A stretch of 64,000 bases of DNA. Source: Patescibacteria group bacterium (GTDB lineage Bacteria > Patescibacteriota > Patescibacteriia > UM-FILTER-42-10). Where the stretch lies: positions 3,654-67,653 of the forward strand of contig JBAYGW010000005.1 in the NCBI GenBank assembly GCA_041666485.1, read 5' to 3'. Position numbers and translations under genes: made by a program. Below are positions 19,873 to 28,883 of this stretch, piece after piece; within the stretch, counting starts at the first letter, position 1; every line of letters begins with the position of its first letter. The notes under the pieces are model-generated. The model saw nothing but the letters and a program-made list of their open reading frames with translations, was not told the DNA's origin and did not search any database.

Positions 19873-21672
19873 ATGAAAAAAGAAACACCAATTGAGCTTA
19901 AACGCCATTCGCTCGCGCATGTCATGGCGGCGGCCGTTGCCAATCTGTACCCCGGAGCTAAATTCGGCGTCGGTCCGATAATTGATAACGGGTTTTATTA
20001 TGATATTGATCTCCCAGAACAGCTTTCGCCTGATGATCTGAAAAAAATTGAAAAAGAAATGATCCGGCTGATTAATCAGAAACTCGCTTTTGAGCTGGAA
20101 GAGCTTCCGATCAAAAAAGCGATTGAATTTTTTACCAAACAGAAACAGGATTATAAAATTGAGCTACTTAATGATCTGCAACAGAAAGGCACCACCCGGA
20201 TTTCAGAGGAAGAAGCACAGGATCTGGATCCGAAGCAGAAAGACAAAGTAACAATTTATAAAACCGGCGATTTCACTGATTTATGCCGCGGCCCGCATGT
20301 TGATACTACAGAGCAACTGCAGAATTGCGCATTTTCTTTGGATAGAATCGCCGGAGCCTATTGGCGCGGTGATGAGAAGAATAAACAACTGACCAGAATT
20401 TACGGTTTGGCATTCAACAGCAAAAAAGAACTGTCGGAGTATAAACACAATCTGGAACTGGCCAAAGAAAGAGACCACCGAAAAATCGGCAAAGAGCTGG
20501 GGCTTTTCCATATTTCACCGGAAGTAGGCGCGGGATTACCGCTTTGGACCCCGAAGGGCACAACCATCCGTAGGGAGCTGGAAAAATTCCTGACTGAACT
20601 GCAGGAAAAGGACGGCTATGACCAGGTGATTACTCCGCATATCGGCAAAATTGATCTATATAAAACATCCGGCCACTGGCAGAATTACCGTGAAAACATC
20701 TATTCCCCGATGAATATTGACGGGGAAGAATTTGTGCTGAAGCCGATGAACTGCCCGCACCACATTCATATCTATTCCTCTCAAATGCGCAGTTATCGGG
20801 ATCTGCCGATTCGTCTTTCCGAATTCGGCACTGTTTACCGCTATGAACAATCCGGCGAACTGACCGGCCTGGTCCGGGCGCGCGGGTTTACGATTGATGA
20901 TGCTCATATCTTCTGCCGAACTGATCAGATTAAAGAAGAATTTTCCAATGTGATTGAACTGATCAAAACAGTTTTCTCCACCCTGAAATTCAAAGACTTT
21001 GAAGCACGCATCGGACTCCGGGATCCGAAATCCAGCAAATATGTCGGATCGGATGAGCTGTGGGAACGCGCTGAAAAAGAGATTGAAGAAGTGGTTAAAT
21101 CAAAGAAAGTTAAATACATCAAACAGGAGGGTGAAGCCGCTTTCTACGGACCGAAGCTGGATTTCGTAGTCAGAGACGTGATCAATCGTGAATGGCAACT
21201 GGGAACGATCCAGGTGGATTATAACCTGCCTGAGCGGTTTAAACTGGTATACAAAGGTGCGGACGATAAAGACCACCGTCCGGTGATGATCCACCGCGCG
21301 CCTTTCGGTTCCATGGAGCGGTTTGTCGGAATCATGATTGAACATTTCGGCGGAGCTTTCCCGACCTGGCTCTCCCCTACGCAAGTTTATGTCATTCCGG
21401 TCGGCAAAGACCATTTCAAATTCTCAGAGGAATTGGGCAAATCGCTGAAAGCACAGGGTATCCGTACGGAAGTTGATCTGAACCGGGAAACGGTCGGCTA
21501 TAAAATCCGTAAAGCGGAAAAACTGAAAGTATCCTACATGCTGGTAATCGGCGACAAGGAAGTAAAAGATAAAGATCTGACTGTCCGCGCCAGAGGATCC
21601 AAAGATACCAAGCAGATGAAACAGGAAGAATTTGTGGAAAAGATCCAGAAAGAAATTAAGGAAAGGAAATAA
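19873..21672 (+). CDS. thrS: Threonine--tRNA ligase (no TGS domain)
   Basis: RHSLAH, DLCRGPH, RDHRKIG, KPMNCPHH, AFYGPKLD, HRAPFGSMERF. Confidence 0.99.
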   Translation: MKKETPIELKRHSLAHVMAAAVANLYPGAKFGVGPIIDNGFYYDIDLPEQLSPDDLKKIEKEMIRLINQKLAFELEELPIKKAIEFFTKQKQDYKIELLNDLQQKGTTRISEEEAQDLDPKQKDKVTIYKTGDFTDLCRGPHVDTTEQLQNCAFSLDRIAGAYWRGDEKNKQLTRIYGLAFNSKKELSEYKHNLELAKERDHRKIGKELGLFHISPEVGAGLPLWTPKGTTIRRELEKFLTELQEKDGYDQVITPHIGKIDLYKTSGHWQNYRENIYSPMNIDGEEFVLKPMNCPHHIHIYSSQMRSYRDLPIRLSEFGTVYRYEQSGELTGLVRARGFTIDDAHIFCRTDQIKEEFSNVIELIKTVFSTLKFKDFEARIGLRDPKSSKYVGSDELWERAEKEIEEVVKSKKVKYIKQEGEAAFYGPKLDFVVRDVINREWQLGTIQVDYNLPERFKLVYKGADDKDHRPVMIHRAPFGSMERFVGIMIEHFGGAFPTWLSPTQVYVIPVGKDHFKFSEELGKSLKAQGIRTEVDLNRETVGYKIRKAEKLKVSYMLVIGDKEVKDKDLTVRARGSKDTKQMKQEEFVEKIQKEIKERK

Positions 21673-21675
21673 CAT

Positions 21676-22737
21676 ATGTCAGCAGAATTCCGACCAAACA
21701 CAACCCCGCCACCTGATAATGACCGGGTTGAAGATGAAATAATTGATACTGAACCAAAATGGAAAAAACCGGTTGATCTGCAATTAGAAATGCCGGCGCT
21801 GTTTGATTTGGGAAATATATCAAAGATAACCGGTAAACCGATTGAACGCATAGAAGTCGTAAATTCAGCAAGAAAGAATAGTGGGGATCTTGAAAAATTC
21901 TTGGTCAGATATTATGCGGAATGCAGTGTTTATTATGCAACATCTAATACAAACTACCAGATGAAACCGGCATATAATAACCATCTGGCCCTCCACACGC
22001 AAATGCCGGATCAAACAGTACCGAAACCAGTCGGTTTTATTGAAGAGGTTAATGCTGTCATTTATGAAGAACTGGCGGGAGAGAATTTTGTTGAGCATAT
22101 GCAAAGTTCTTCATATGAAAATAAGTTAGAACTATTTCGAAAAGCCGGCAAAGTATTAAATCAAATGCACCAAGTAAATCCTGAGTCTGTTGATTCCAGC
22201 GCAAATACATCCAACGCCAGTCTGGAAAACATAATGTCATCAATTAACTCTGATACATTTATTGAGCTTGAAGCACGAGATCCGGAATTCACTGCCAGAC
22301 TGAAAGAATTATACGAAAAACTTGTTGCATATGAAACAAGACTAATAGCTGATTCTGAATTAGTAGTTGCGCATGGCGATTTTCATCCTAAAAATCTTAT
22401 AGTTACCGATGAAGAAAGTATCGGCATTGTTGATTTTACCGACGTATCTGTTACTGCACGCGGGCGTGATATCGGCGGGTTTTTGGAACAGACATATGCA
22501 ATAATCAGAGACCAGGAAGATTTAGAAACAGACGAACGGATTAGTCAATATCAAGAAGCTTTCATCGCCGGTTATGGCGATGGCATTAAGCTGGATGATC
22601 AGGAGGTCAAATTCTATCAAGCTTGGCAAGCATGGCGAAATTCAATGTATTACGCAGGAAAAGTAGTGCCTGATTTTGTTAGAGCAGAAAATTATCTACA
22701 AAGAGCAGTAAACCATTTTGCGGAAGTCCGCCAATAA
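21676..22737 (+). CDS. APH/choline-kinase-like phosphotransferase with N-terminal extension
   Basis: HGDFHPKN catalytic loop and IVDFTD metal-binding motif. Confidence 0.8.
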   Translation: MSAEFRPNTTPPPDNDRVEDEIIDTEPKWKKPVDLQLEMPALFDLGNISKITGKPIERIEVVNSARKNSGDLEKFLVRYYAECSVYYATSNTNYQMKPAYNNHLALHTQMPDQTVPKPVGFIEEVNAVIYEELAGENFVEHMQSSSYENKLELFRKAGKVLNQMHQVNPESVDSSANTSNASLENIMSSINSDTFIELEARDPEFTARLKELYEKLVAYETRLIADSELVVAHGDFHPKNLIVTDEESIGIVDFTDVSVTARGRDIGGFLEQTYAIIRDQEDLETDERISQYQEAFIAGYGDGIKLDDQEVKFYQAWQAWRNSMYYAGKVVPDFVRAENYLQRAVNHFAEVRQ

Positions 22738-22740
22738 TTA

Positions 22741-24027
22741 ATGCCGAAATATTACAACCACATCCTGGGCTGCCAGATGAACAAGCTGGACGCGGAAAAG
22801 ATGGATGCCCTACTAGATGCGATGGGTTTCACATCAACCACTAAGGAATCAGAAGCGGATCTGATCAATGTTTTGGCGTGTTCAGTCAGACAGTCCGCTA
22901 TCAACCGGATCGACGGCAAATTGAAAGTTTGGAATAAACTGCGGAAAGAAAAACCGCTAACCACCCTTCTGACCGGATGTGTACTGCCTAAAGACAAAAA
23001 AGGAATCGGCAAGCAGTTTGACATTTTACTGGACATGTCGCAATTGCACACACTCCCCCAGCTTTTGAAAAAGCGCATGCAGGATATTGAGGACATTTTC
23101 CCTGACAGCGACTATTTCAAACTGCCGACCAAACACAAATCTCCTTTTCAGGCATTTGTAACAATCCAAAACGGGTGTAATAAATTTTGCCGGTATTGCG
23201 CCGTCCCCTACACCAGGGGCAGAGAAATTTCGAGACCCGCCGACCAGATTATTGCAGAGGTTAAAGACCTGGTTGAAAATGGATATAAAGAAATTACCCT
23301 GCTCGGCCAAACTGTAAATTCCTATATCAATCCGGAAAAAGGAACAGTTAAATCATTTGCTGATTTGCTTAAAGTATTGGGGCAAATCAAAGGCGATTTC
23401 TGGATTCGTTTTATTTCTCCATACCCGACTGATTTTTCTGATGAATTGATCGACGTTATAGTCAGTGATAAAAAAATATGCCCGCATCTGCACATACCGG
23501 TTCAAGCAGGCAGTAACGACATGCTGAAAAAAATGCTCCGGAAATACACGAGGGAAGAATATTTGGACCTGATCAAAAGGATCCGTAACAAAATGCCGGA
23601 TGTGGCAATAACTACGGATATCATCGTCGGGTTCTGCGATGAAACAGAAGAGAATTTTGCAGACACATTGGACTTGTACGAAAAAGTTAAATTTGATATG
23701 GCATACTTAGCGCAGTATTCCAAAAGACCCGGCACACAAGCGACAAAACTTTTTAAAGACAATATTCCGCAGAAAGTGAAAAAGCAACGGGAAGTGGCTT
23801 TGAATGAAGTGGTAAAGAAATATGCGCTTCTGAATAATCAGAAACTACTGAATAAAACAGTTACAGTCCTGCCGGAGAACATGAGAAAGGGTTTGTTGTT
23901 CGGGAAGACTGATAATAATAAACCAATCCAAATACAACGCGGAACCAAGGATCTGATTGGAAAATTTATTTCCGTCAAAGTCACCAAAGTTAATCCGTGG
24001 AGTTTGGAAGGCAGTTTAAAAAAATAA
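22741..24027 (+). CDS. miaB: tRNA methylthiotransferase MiaB
   Basis: GCQMN, CSVR, GCNKFCRYCAVPYTRG radical SAM motif, TRAM tail; miaA nearby. Confidence 0.93.
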   Translation: MPKYYNHILGCQMNKLDAEKMDALLDAMGFTSTTKESEADLINVLACSVRQSAINRIDGKLKVWNKLRKEKPLTTLLTGCVLPKDKKGIGKQFDILLDMSQLHTLPQLLKKRMQDIEDIFPDSDYFKLPTKHKSPFQAFVTIQNGCNKFCRYCAVPYTRGREISRPADQIIAEVKDLVENGYKEITLLGQTVNSYINPEKGTVKSFADLLKVLGQIKGDFWIRFISPYPTDFSDELIDVIVSDKKICPHLHIPVQAGSNDMLKKMLRKYTREEYLDLIKRIRNKMPDVAITTDIIVGFCDETEENFADTLDLYEKVKFDMAYLAQYSKRPGTQATKLFKDNIPQKVKKQREVALNEVVKKYALLNNQKLLNKTVTVLPENMRKGLLFGKTDNNKPIQIQRGTKDLIGKFISVKVTKVNPWSLEGSLKK

Positions 24028-24051
24028 GCCTTGTCCAAGCGGGAGCAAAGC

Positions 24052-24570
24052 TTAATGATTGAAAAGTGAGAACAGGCGGTATGCCGCGAGAGCTGTGGTC
24101 AGAACACCGACCATGTTCCCAGTGAAAATGAGCAGATACGCGCGCGGCAGTTTCAGAAGCCGCGCTGTGATGACGGATGCCGTGACCGCGTACGGCAGAA
24201 GCGGGATGGCGACCAGGATGAAGATCACGACGCTCGGGTACCGGCTGTTCACGATGTAGCTTGTGAGCATGTCGCGGAAACGTTGCAGACCGGCGTTGAT
24301 TGCGAAAAGCCGCAGCTCCATCTGGTGTGAACGGCCATTGGCGCCGTTCTGCCGGAGGACGCGTCTGGTGAGCGCAATCGTCTGCTCGCCCAGCCACAGC
24401 AGCATCTCGGGGAAGTAGAACATCAGCGACATCCCGATGCTCGAGCCGATGAGCAGTGTGAGGAACCCCTTCCAGAAGCCATACCCGGCCAGAAAGACAG
24501 CAAACGCCGTCACCTCTTCCTGCCAGATGGCCGACCAAACGAAGAATAGCTCGTCCAACAAGAAAACCAC
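24052..24570 (-). CDS. GC-rich orphan membrane protein
   Basis: GTG start after AGGAGG SD; hydrophobic helices; GC-rich codon usage unlike the flanks. Confidence 0.6.
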   Translation of the reverse strand: MVFLLDELFFVWSAIWQEEVTAFAVFLAGYGFWKGFLTLLIGSSIGMSLMFYFPEMLLWLGEQTIALTRRVLRQNGANGRSHQMELRLFAINAGLQRFRDMLTSYIVNSRYPSVVIFILVAIPLLPYAVTASVITARLLKLPRAYLLIFTGNMVGVLTTALAAYRLFSLFNH

Positions 24571-24691
24571 GTGTTGACCTCCTGTCAGGGTGAATCCAAA
24601 GGCAGGAACGAAGTATCATAATTTAACATAAACTTATTTGTAGGTCAACGTTTAAAAACAGTAACCATTGCGAGGAGTCCCGTTAGTAATC

Positions 24692-24764
24692 TGTCATGCT
24701 GAACTAGTTTCAGCATCTCCGGTTCCATAGCGATGAGGGATTCTGAAACGAGTTCAGAATGACA
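24692..24764. repeat. Paired-palindrome miniature element, copy 1
   Basis: GTCATGCTGAACTAGTTTCAGCATC...GATTCTGAAACGAGTTCAGAATGAC; homolog at 36978-37046. Confidence 0.8.
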
Positions 24765-24826
24765 ATTGATAGCACTCGGGGGGGGCATCCCGCTCTTGTC
24801 TAAACAATCGTATCGATAACAAACAA

Positions 24827-25705
24827 ATGAAAAAACTAATCGTAATCCTAGGTCCAACCGCATCCGGAAAAACCGGCATGTCTTTAGCATTGGCAAAAAA
24901 ATTTAAAGGCTTCGTTATCTCCGCAGACTCGCGTCAGATTTACCGCGGAATGGATATCGGCACCGGAAAATTGACCAGGGATAAATGGCAAGGAATCACC
25001 CACCGCATGATTGATATTATTGATCCCGATCAGGAATACAGTCTGGCGCAGTTTCAAAAAACAGTATTTGCCATTATTAATGAAGAGCAAAACTTATTGC
25101 CGATCATGGTCGGCGGAACCGGACTTTATATTCAGTCGATCGTGGATAATCTGGATATTCCCAAAGGAGGAATGGATAAAGTTTTGCGCAAGGAATTGGA
25201 TGCAAAAACACCTGAGGAACTTTTCAAAATGCTGATTCAGCTGGACTATAAATCCGCCCAGGAAATAGATATTAATAATAAAAGAAGGCTGATCCGGGCG
25301 ATAGAAGTTTTCAAAGTTTCCGGCGAAAAGTATTCGGAAAAAAAAGGAAAAAACAGTCCCCTAGTGCAGGCACTGCAAATCGGCATTAAATTATCCAGAG
25401 AAGAAATGTACCGGCGCATTGACCGGCGGGTGGATGAAATGATCCAAGCAGGCCTTTTGGATGAAGTAAAAACGCTTGGTGAAAAGTTCGGCTTTGATAT
25501 CCCCTCCATGTCCGCCATCGGCTACCAACAACTGTCCGCGTATTTTAAAAAGGAAATTTCATTAGCTGAAGCGGTGGCCCAAATCAAGAACGACTCACAT
25601 CATTATGCCAAAAGGCAGATGACCTGGTTTAAGCGCGACCATCGGATCAAATGGATAACATCCGTGGATGAAGCGGAAGAGCTGGTTGCTGATTTTCTGG
25701 GGTAA
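24827..25705 (+). CDS. miaA: tRNA dimethylallyltransferase
   Basis: GPTASGKT, SADSRQIYRGMDIGTGK, VGGTGLY, YAKRQMTWF. Confidence 0.98.
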   Translation: MKKLIVILGPTASGKTGMSLALAKKFKGFVISADSRQIYRGMDIGTGKLTRDKWQGITHRMIDIIDPDQEYSLAQFQKTVFAIINEEQNLLPIMVGGTGLYIQSIVDNLDIPKGGMDKVLRKELDAKTPEELFKMLIQLDYKSAQEIDINNKRRLIRAIEVFKVSGEKYSEKKGKNSPLVQALQIGIKLSREEMYRRIDRRVDEMIQAGLLDEVKTLGEKFGFDIPSMSAIGYQQLSAYFKKEISLAEAVAQIKNDSHHYAKRQMTWFKRDHRIKWITSVDEAEELVADFLG

Positions 25706-25874
25706 TTGCCTAATCTTCTTCATATAACAAAACGGTGATAAGATACAAGATATGCGATATGTTCGCATAATAACAAGTTTGCGTACAGACACACCTTATC
25801 CTACAATGCTTACCCTCATTCCCCAATTACCAGTTACTAGTTACTAACTACTTAATCAATATAATACTGCCATT

Positions 25875-26165
25875 ATGAAATTTGACGAGCCGCCAAAACC
25901 AGAAGGATTCAGCAAATATCAGATGGATATCATGCACGAAATTGAGCATGGCCGAGCTTCAAGCGTTGAAGAAGCGGTTAAAATAGTGGAACTGGCCATG
26001 TTTGAGCAACGCATAGAACAATTTTCCGAAGACGATTTAAAACGCGATGCGGACGGATCCTGGCATACTTTTGAACAAAAAATCAAGGCGGTTTTCCCCG
26101 AACTACCGGAAGATCGGCAAAGAGCTATGAAAGCGGCCGTCACCATGCATTTATGCGGAATGTGA
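25875..26165 (+). CDS. Small acidic hypothetical protein between the two miaA-end repeats
   Basis: 96 aa ORF with ATG start and TATAAT box upstream. Confidence 0.65.
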   Translation: MKFDEPPKPEGFSKYQMDIMHEIEHGRASSVEEAVKIVELAMFEQRIEQFSEDDLKRDADGSWHTFEQKIKAVFPELPEDRQRAMKAAVTMHLCGM

Positions 26166-26190
26166 TTTAGCGGCTGTTAAATCGGTGCAA

Positions 26191-26231
26191 GAAGCGGAAG
26201 AGCTGGTTGCTGGTTTTTTGGGGTAATTCCC
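26191..26231 (+). repeat. Second copy of the miaA 3' end (direct repeat of 25670-25710)
   Basis: 38 of 41 positions identical by manual alignment. Confidence 0.9.
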
Positions 26232-26561
26232 CTAGTGTCAAAGCATATGTGTAGCTACGGGAAGGCATCAGTACCCATTGCGAATCCTGATTCGCCAGCT
26301 GGCGAACGAAGGGTGAAGCAACCCCGATATATCAGCACCCATTGCGAACCTTGTGCAACAAGGTGTGGCAATCCCGTTCCTTTTGACTTAAGTGTATCCA
26401 TTCCGGGGGTCTTCTCCTGTCTTTTGCTTTCATCCTTATGTGTGGCCCCGGTCCCAGATTTTGGGGTTTTCTCGTTGTTCTTCTTAATAAAACAAAATGG
26501 TGGTAAAATACAGGATATAAAGAAAATAAGTGTTTATGAATTAATCTAATTATATTTTCAC

Positions 26562-27632
26562 ATGAAAAATGGTAAGCATAAGAATAATGTAGTAGAGCTT
26601 TTTTCAGGTTGCGGTGGTTTTTCTTGTGGTTTTGAAAAAGCGGGATTTAATATTTTTTTAGGAGTCGATAATGATCAACCATCTTTAGATACATTTAAAA
26701 AAAATCATCAAAATTCAGTAGTCATGAATTTAGATTTATCACGAAATAATGCAATCGATAAAATTATTAAAGTTACTAATGGAACGAAGGTTGATATTAT
26801 AATTGCTGGTCCTCCATGCCAGGGTTTCTCTTTAACTGGAACCAGACTAAAAGATGATAAAAGGAATAAATTATTTAATACCGTTTTTGATTTAGCAGAA
26901 CATTTAAAACCAAAAGCAATCATAATAGAAAACGTTCCAGGCCTCGAAACACTTTATGGAGGTGTAGCAAAAAAAAGGATTTTAGAAAGATATGATGAGT
27001 TAGGTTATGAAGTAACTAGCCATGTACTTTTTGCACCAGATTTTGGTGTACCACAGATTAGAAAAAGAATTGTTTTTGTAGGAATATTAAAAAAAATTGG
27101 TAAAAAATTCATTTTTTCAAAACCATTGCTTAATAAAGACAATTATGTAAATTGTGAAGAGGCAATTGGTGACTTGCCAAAACGAGAAAAAGAGTTTGGG
27201 AATGAAGTTGATAAGTATATAAAGGCACCAAAAACTAAATACCAAAAAGAGATGAGGGGAAAAACAATAAAGTTATTTAATCACGTAAGCACAAAACATT
27301 CACCCCATGTTATTGATGTTATCTCCCAAGTACCGGAAGGTGGCAACTACAAAAACTTACCGAAAGGTGTTGGAGAAACAAGAAAATTCAACGAGGCATG
27401 GACACGTTATCATAGTAAAAAACCATCAAAAACAATAGATACGGGTCATAGAAATCATTTTCATTACAAATATAATCGTGTGCCTACTGTTAGAGAAAAC
27501 GCACGTTTACAGTCTTTTCCTGATCATTTTATATTCACTGGAAGCAAAACTCAACAATATAGGCAGGTTGGTAACGCTGTACCTCCACTATTAGCATATT
27601 CTATTGCAAAAGAATTATTGAAGTATATTTAA
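26562..27632 (+). CDS. DNA (cytosine-5) methyltransferase 1
   Basis: FSGCGG, PPCQGFS, ENVPG, GVPQIRKR, RENARLQSFPD, GNAVPP. Confidence 0.96.
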   Translation: MKNGKHKNNVVELFSGCGGFSCGFEKAGFNIFLGVDNDQPSLDTFKKNHQNSVVMNLDLSRNNAIDKIIKVTNGTKVDIIIAGPPCQGFSLTGTRLKDDKRNKLFNTVFDLAEHLKPKAIIIENVPGLETLYGGVAKKRILERYDELGYEVTSHVLFAPDFGVPQIRKRIVFVGILKKIGKKFIFSKPLLNKDNYVNCEEAIGDLPKREKEFGNEVDKYIKAPKTKYQKEMRGKTIKLFNHVSTKHSPHVIDVISQVPEGGNYKNLPKGVGETRKFNEAWTRYHSKKPSKTIDTGHRNHFHYKYNRVPTVRENARLQSFPDHFIFTGSKTQQYRQVGNAVPPLLAYSIAKELLKYI

Positions 27633-27636
27633 CTCT

Positions 27637-28866
27637 ATGTCTAGAAAAAGAAAAGTTAATGTAATAGACTTATTTGCAGGTTGCGGTGGATTAACTGATG
27701 GTTTTGAGTATAAAAATAATTACAATATCTTAGCTACTGTTGAATGGGATAAACAATGCTGCAATACGTTGCAAAATAGATTATCTAAAAAATGGGGTTA
27801 TAAAAATGCGGCAGATTTGGTATTAAACTTTGATATTCAAAGAATAAAAGAATTACTAACTGGTTGGAAAAATGATGTAAAATACGGAAATAATGTCGGC
27901 CTTAAAAAACTAATAGGGAAAAATAAAGTTGATGTAATAGTAGGCGGACCACCATGTCAGGCATACTCTGTGGCCGGAAGAATTAGAGATAAAAATGGGA
28001 TGCACACAGACTATAGGAATTTTCTTTTTGAAAGTTACATTGCTTTAGTTAAAGAATTTAAACCTAAATTCTTTATTTTTGAAAACGTGCCTGGAATATT
28101 GAGTGCAAAACCTGGTGGAATCTCAATTATTGACAGAATAAGAGAATCATTTGGTAAAATAGGATACACCATTGCTGATGACTTAAGAAAAATAGCTATT
28201 GTTGACAGCTCTGATTTTGGTGTTCCTCAAATTAGAAAAAGAGTCATTATTTTAGGTGTAAACAAAAACGTTTATCGTAATAATGCCAACGAAATTATAA
28301 GGGATTTCTACTTCAATATTTTACCTTCCTTGAAATTTAAAAATAAGATGACTGTTAAAGATGCCTTGAATGACTTACCTAAATTCTTTCCATTGAATGA
28401 AAATAAACATAATAATCAATCCCACTCAATTTCCAAAAAATCAAATATATATAATCACATACCTAGATTTCATAGTAAAAGAGATATTGAAATATTTAAA
28501 ATACTTACTAATGATATTAAAAAAAGAGAAAATAAGTATACTTCTATTGCAGAGCTAAAAAAATTGTACTTCAAATTTACTGGAAAAAATTCTAATATCC
28601 ACAAATATCATGTTTTAAAAGAAGATGAACCAAGTAACACTATACCTGCTCACTTATATAAAGACGGTTTAAGACATATTCACCCTGACCCAAAACAAGC
28701 AAGAAGTATAACAGTAAGGGAGGCAGCTAGATTACAAAGCTTTGAAGATAATTTTGAATTTTTAGGAACCATGGGAGATCAATATAAAATGATTGGAAAT
28801 GCCGTCCCCCCAAAATTAGCATATGCTATTTCTGAAGCATTGTATAATTTAATTGAAAAATATTAA
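27637..28866 (+). CDS. DNA (cytosine-5) methyltransferase 2
   Basis: FAGCGG, PPCQAYS, ENVPG, GVPQIRKR, REAARLQSF, GNAVPP. Confidence 0.96.
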   Translation: MSRKRKVNVIDLFAGCGGLTDGFEYKNNYNILATVEWDKQCCNTLQNRLSKKWGYKNAADLVLNFDIQRIKELLTGWKNDVKYGNNVGLKKLIGKNKVDVIVGGPPCQAYSVAGRIRDKNGMHTDYRNFLFESYIALVKEFKPKFFIFENVPGILSAKPGGISIIDRIRESFGKIGYTIADDLRKIAIVDSSDFGVPQIRKRVIILGVNKNVYRNNANEIIRDFYFNILPSLKFKNKMTVKDALNDLPKFFPLNENKHNNQSHSISKKSNIYNHIPRFHSKRDIEIFKILTNDIKKRENKYTSIAELKKLYFKFTGKNSNIHKYHVLKEDEPSNTIPAHLYKDGLRHIHPDPKQARSITVREAARLQSFEDNFEFLGTMGDQYKMIGNAVPPKLAYAISEALYNLIEKY

Positions 28867-28883
28867 GCAATAATTTATATTTT

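Noticed and set aside
23990-24619. Alternative 209-aa ORF in the GC-rich islet
   Set aside because: Arg/His/Pro-rich off-frame composition, overlaps miaB and has no SD; 24052-24570 is preferred.
26267-26374. Possible mini-CRISPR array
   Set aside because: Only two short degenerate units and no cas genes.
26235-26549. 104-aa ORF upstream of the methyltransferases
   Set aside because: It runs through palindromic repeats and has no protein-like features; no HTH to support a controller protein.
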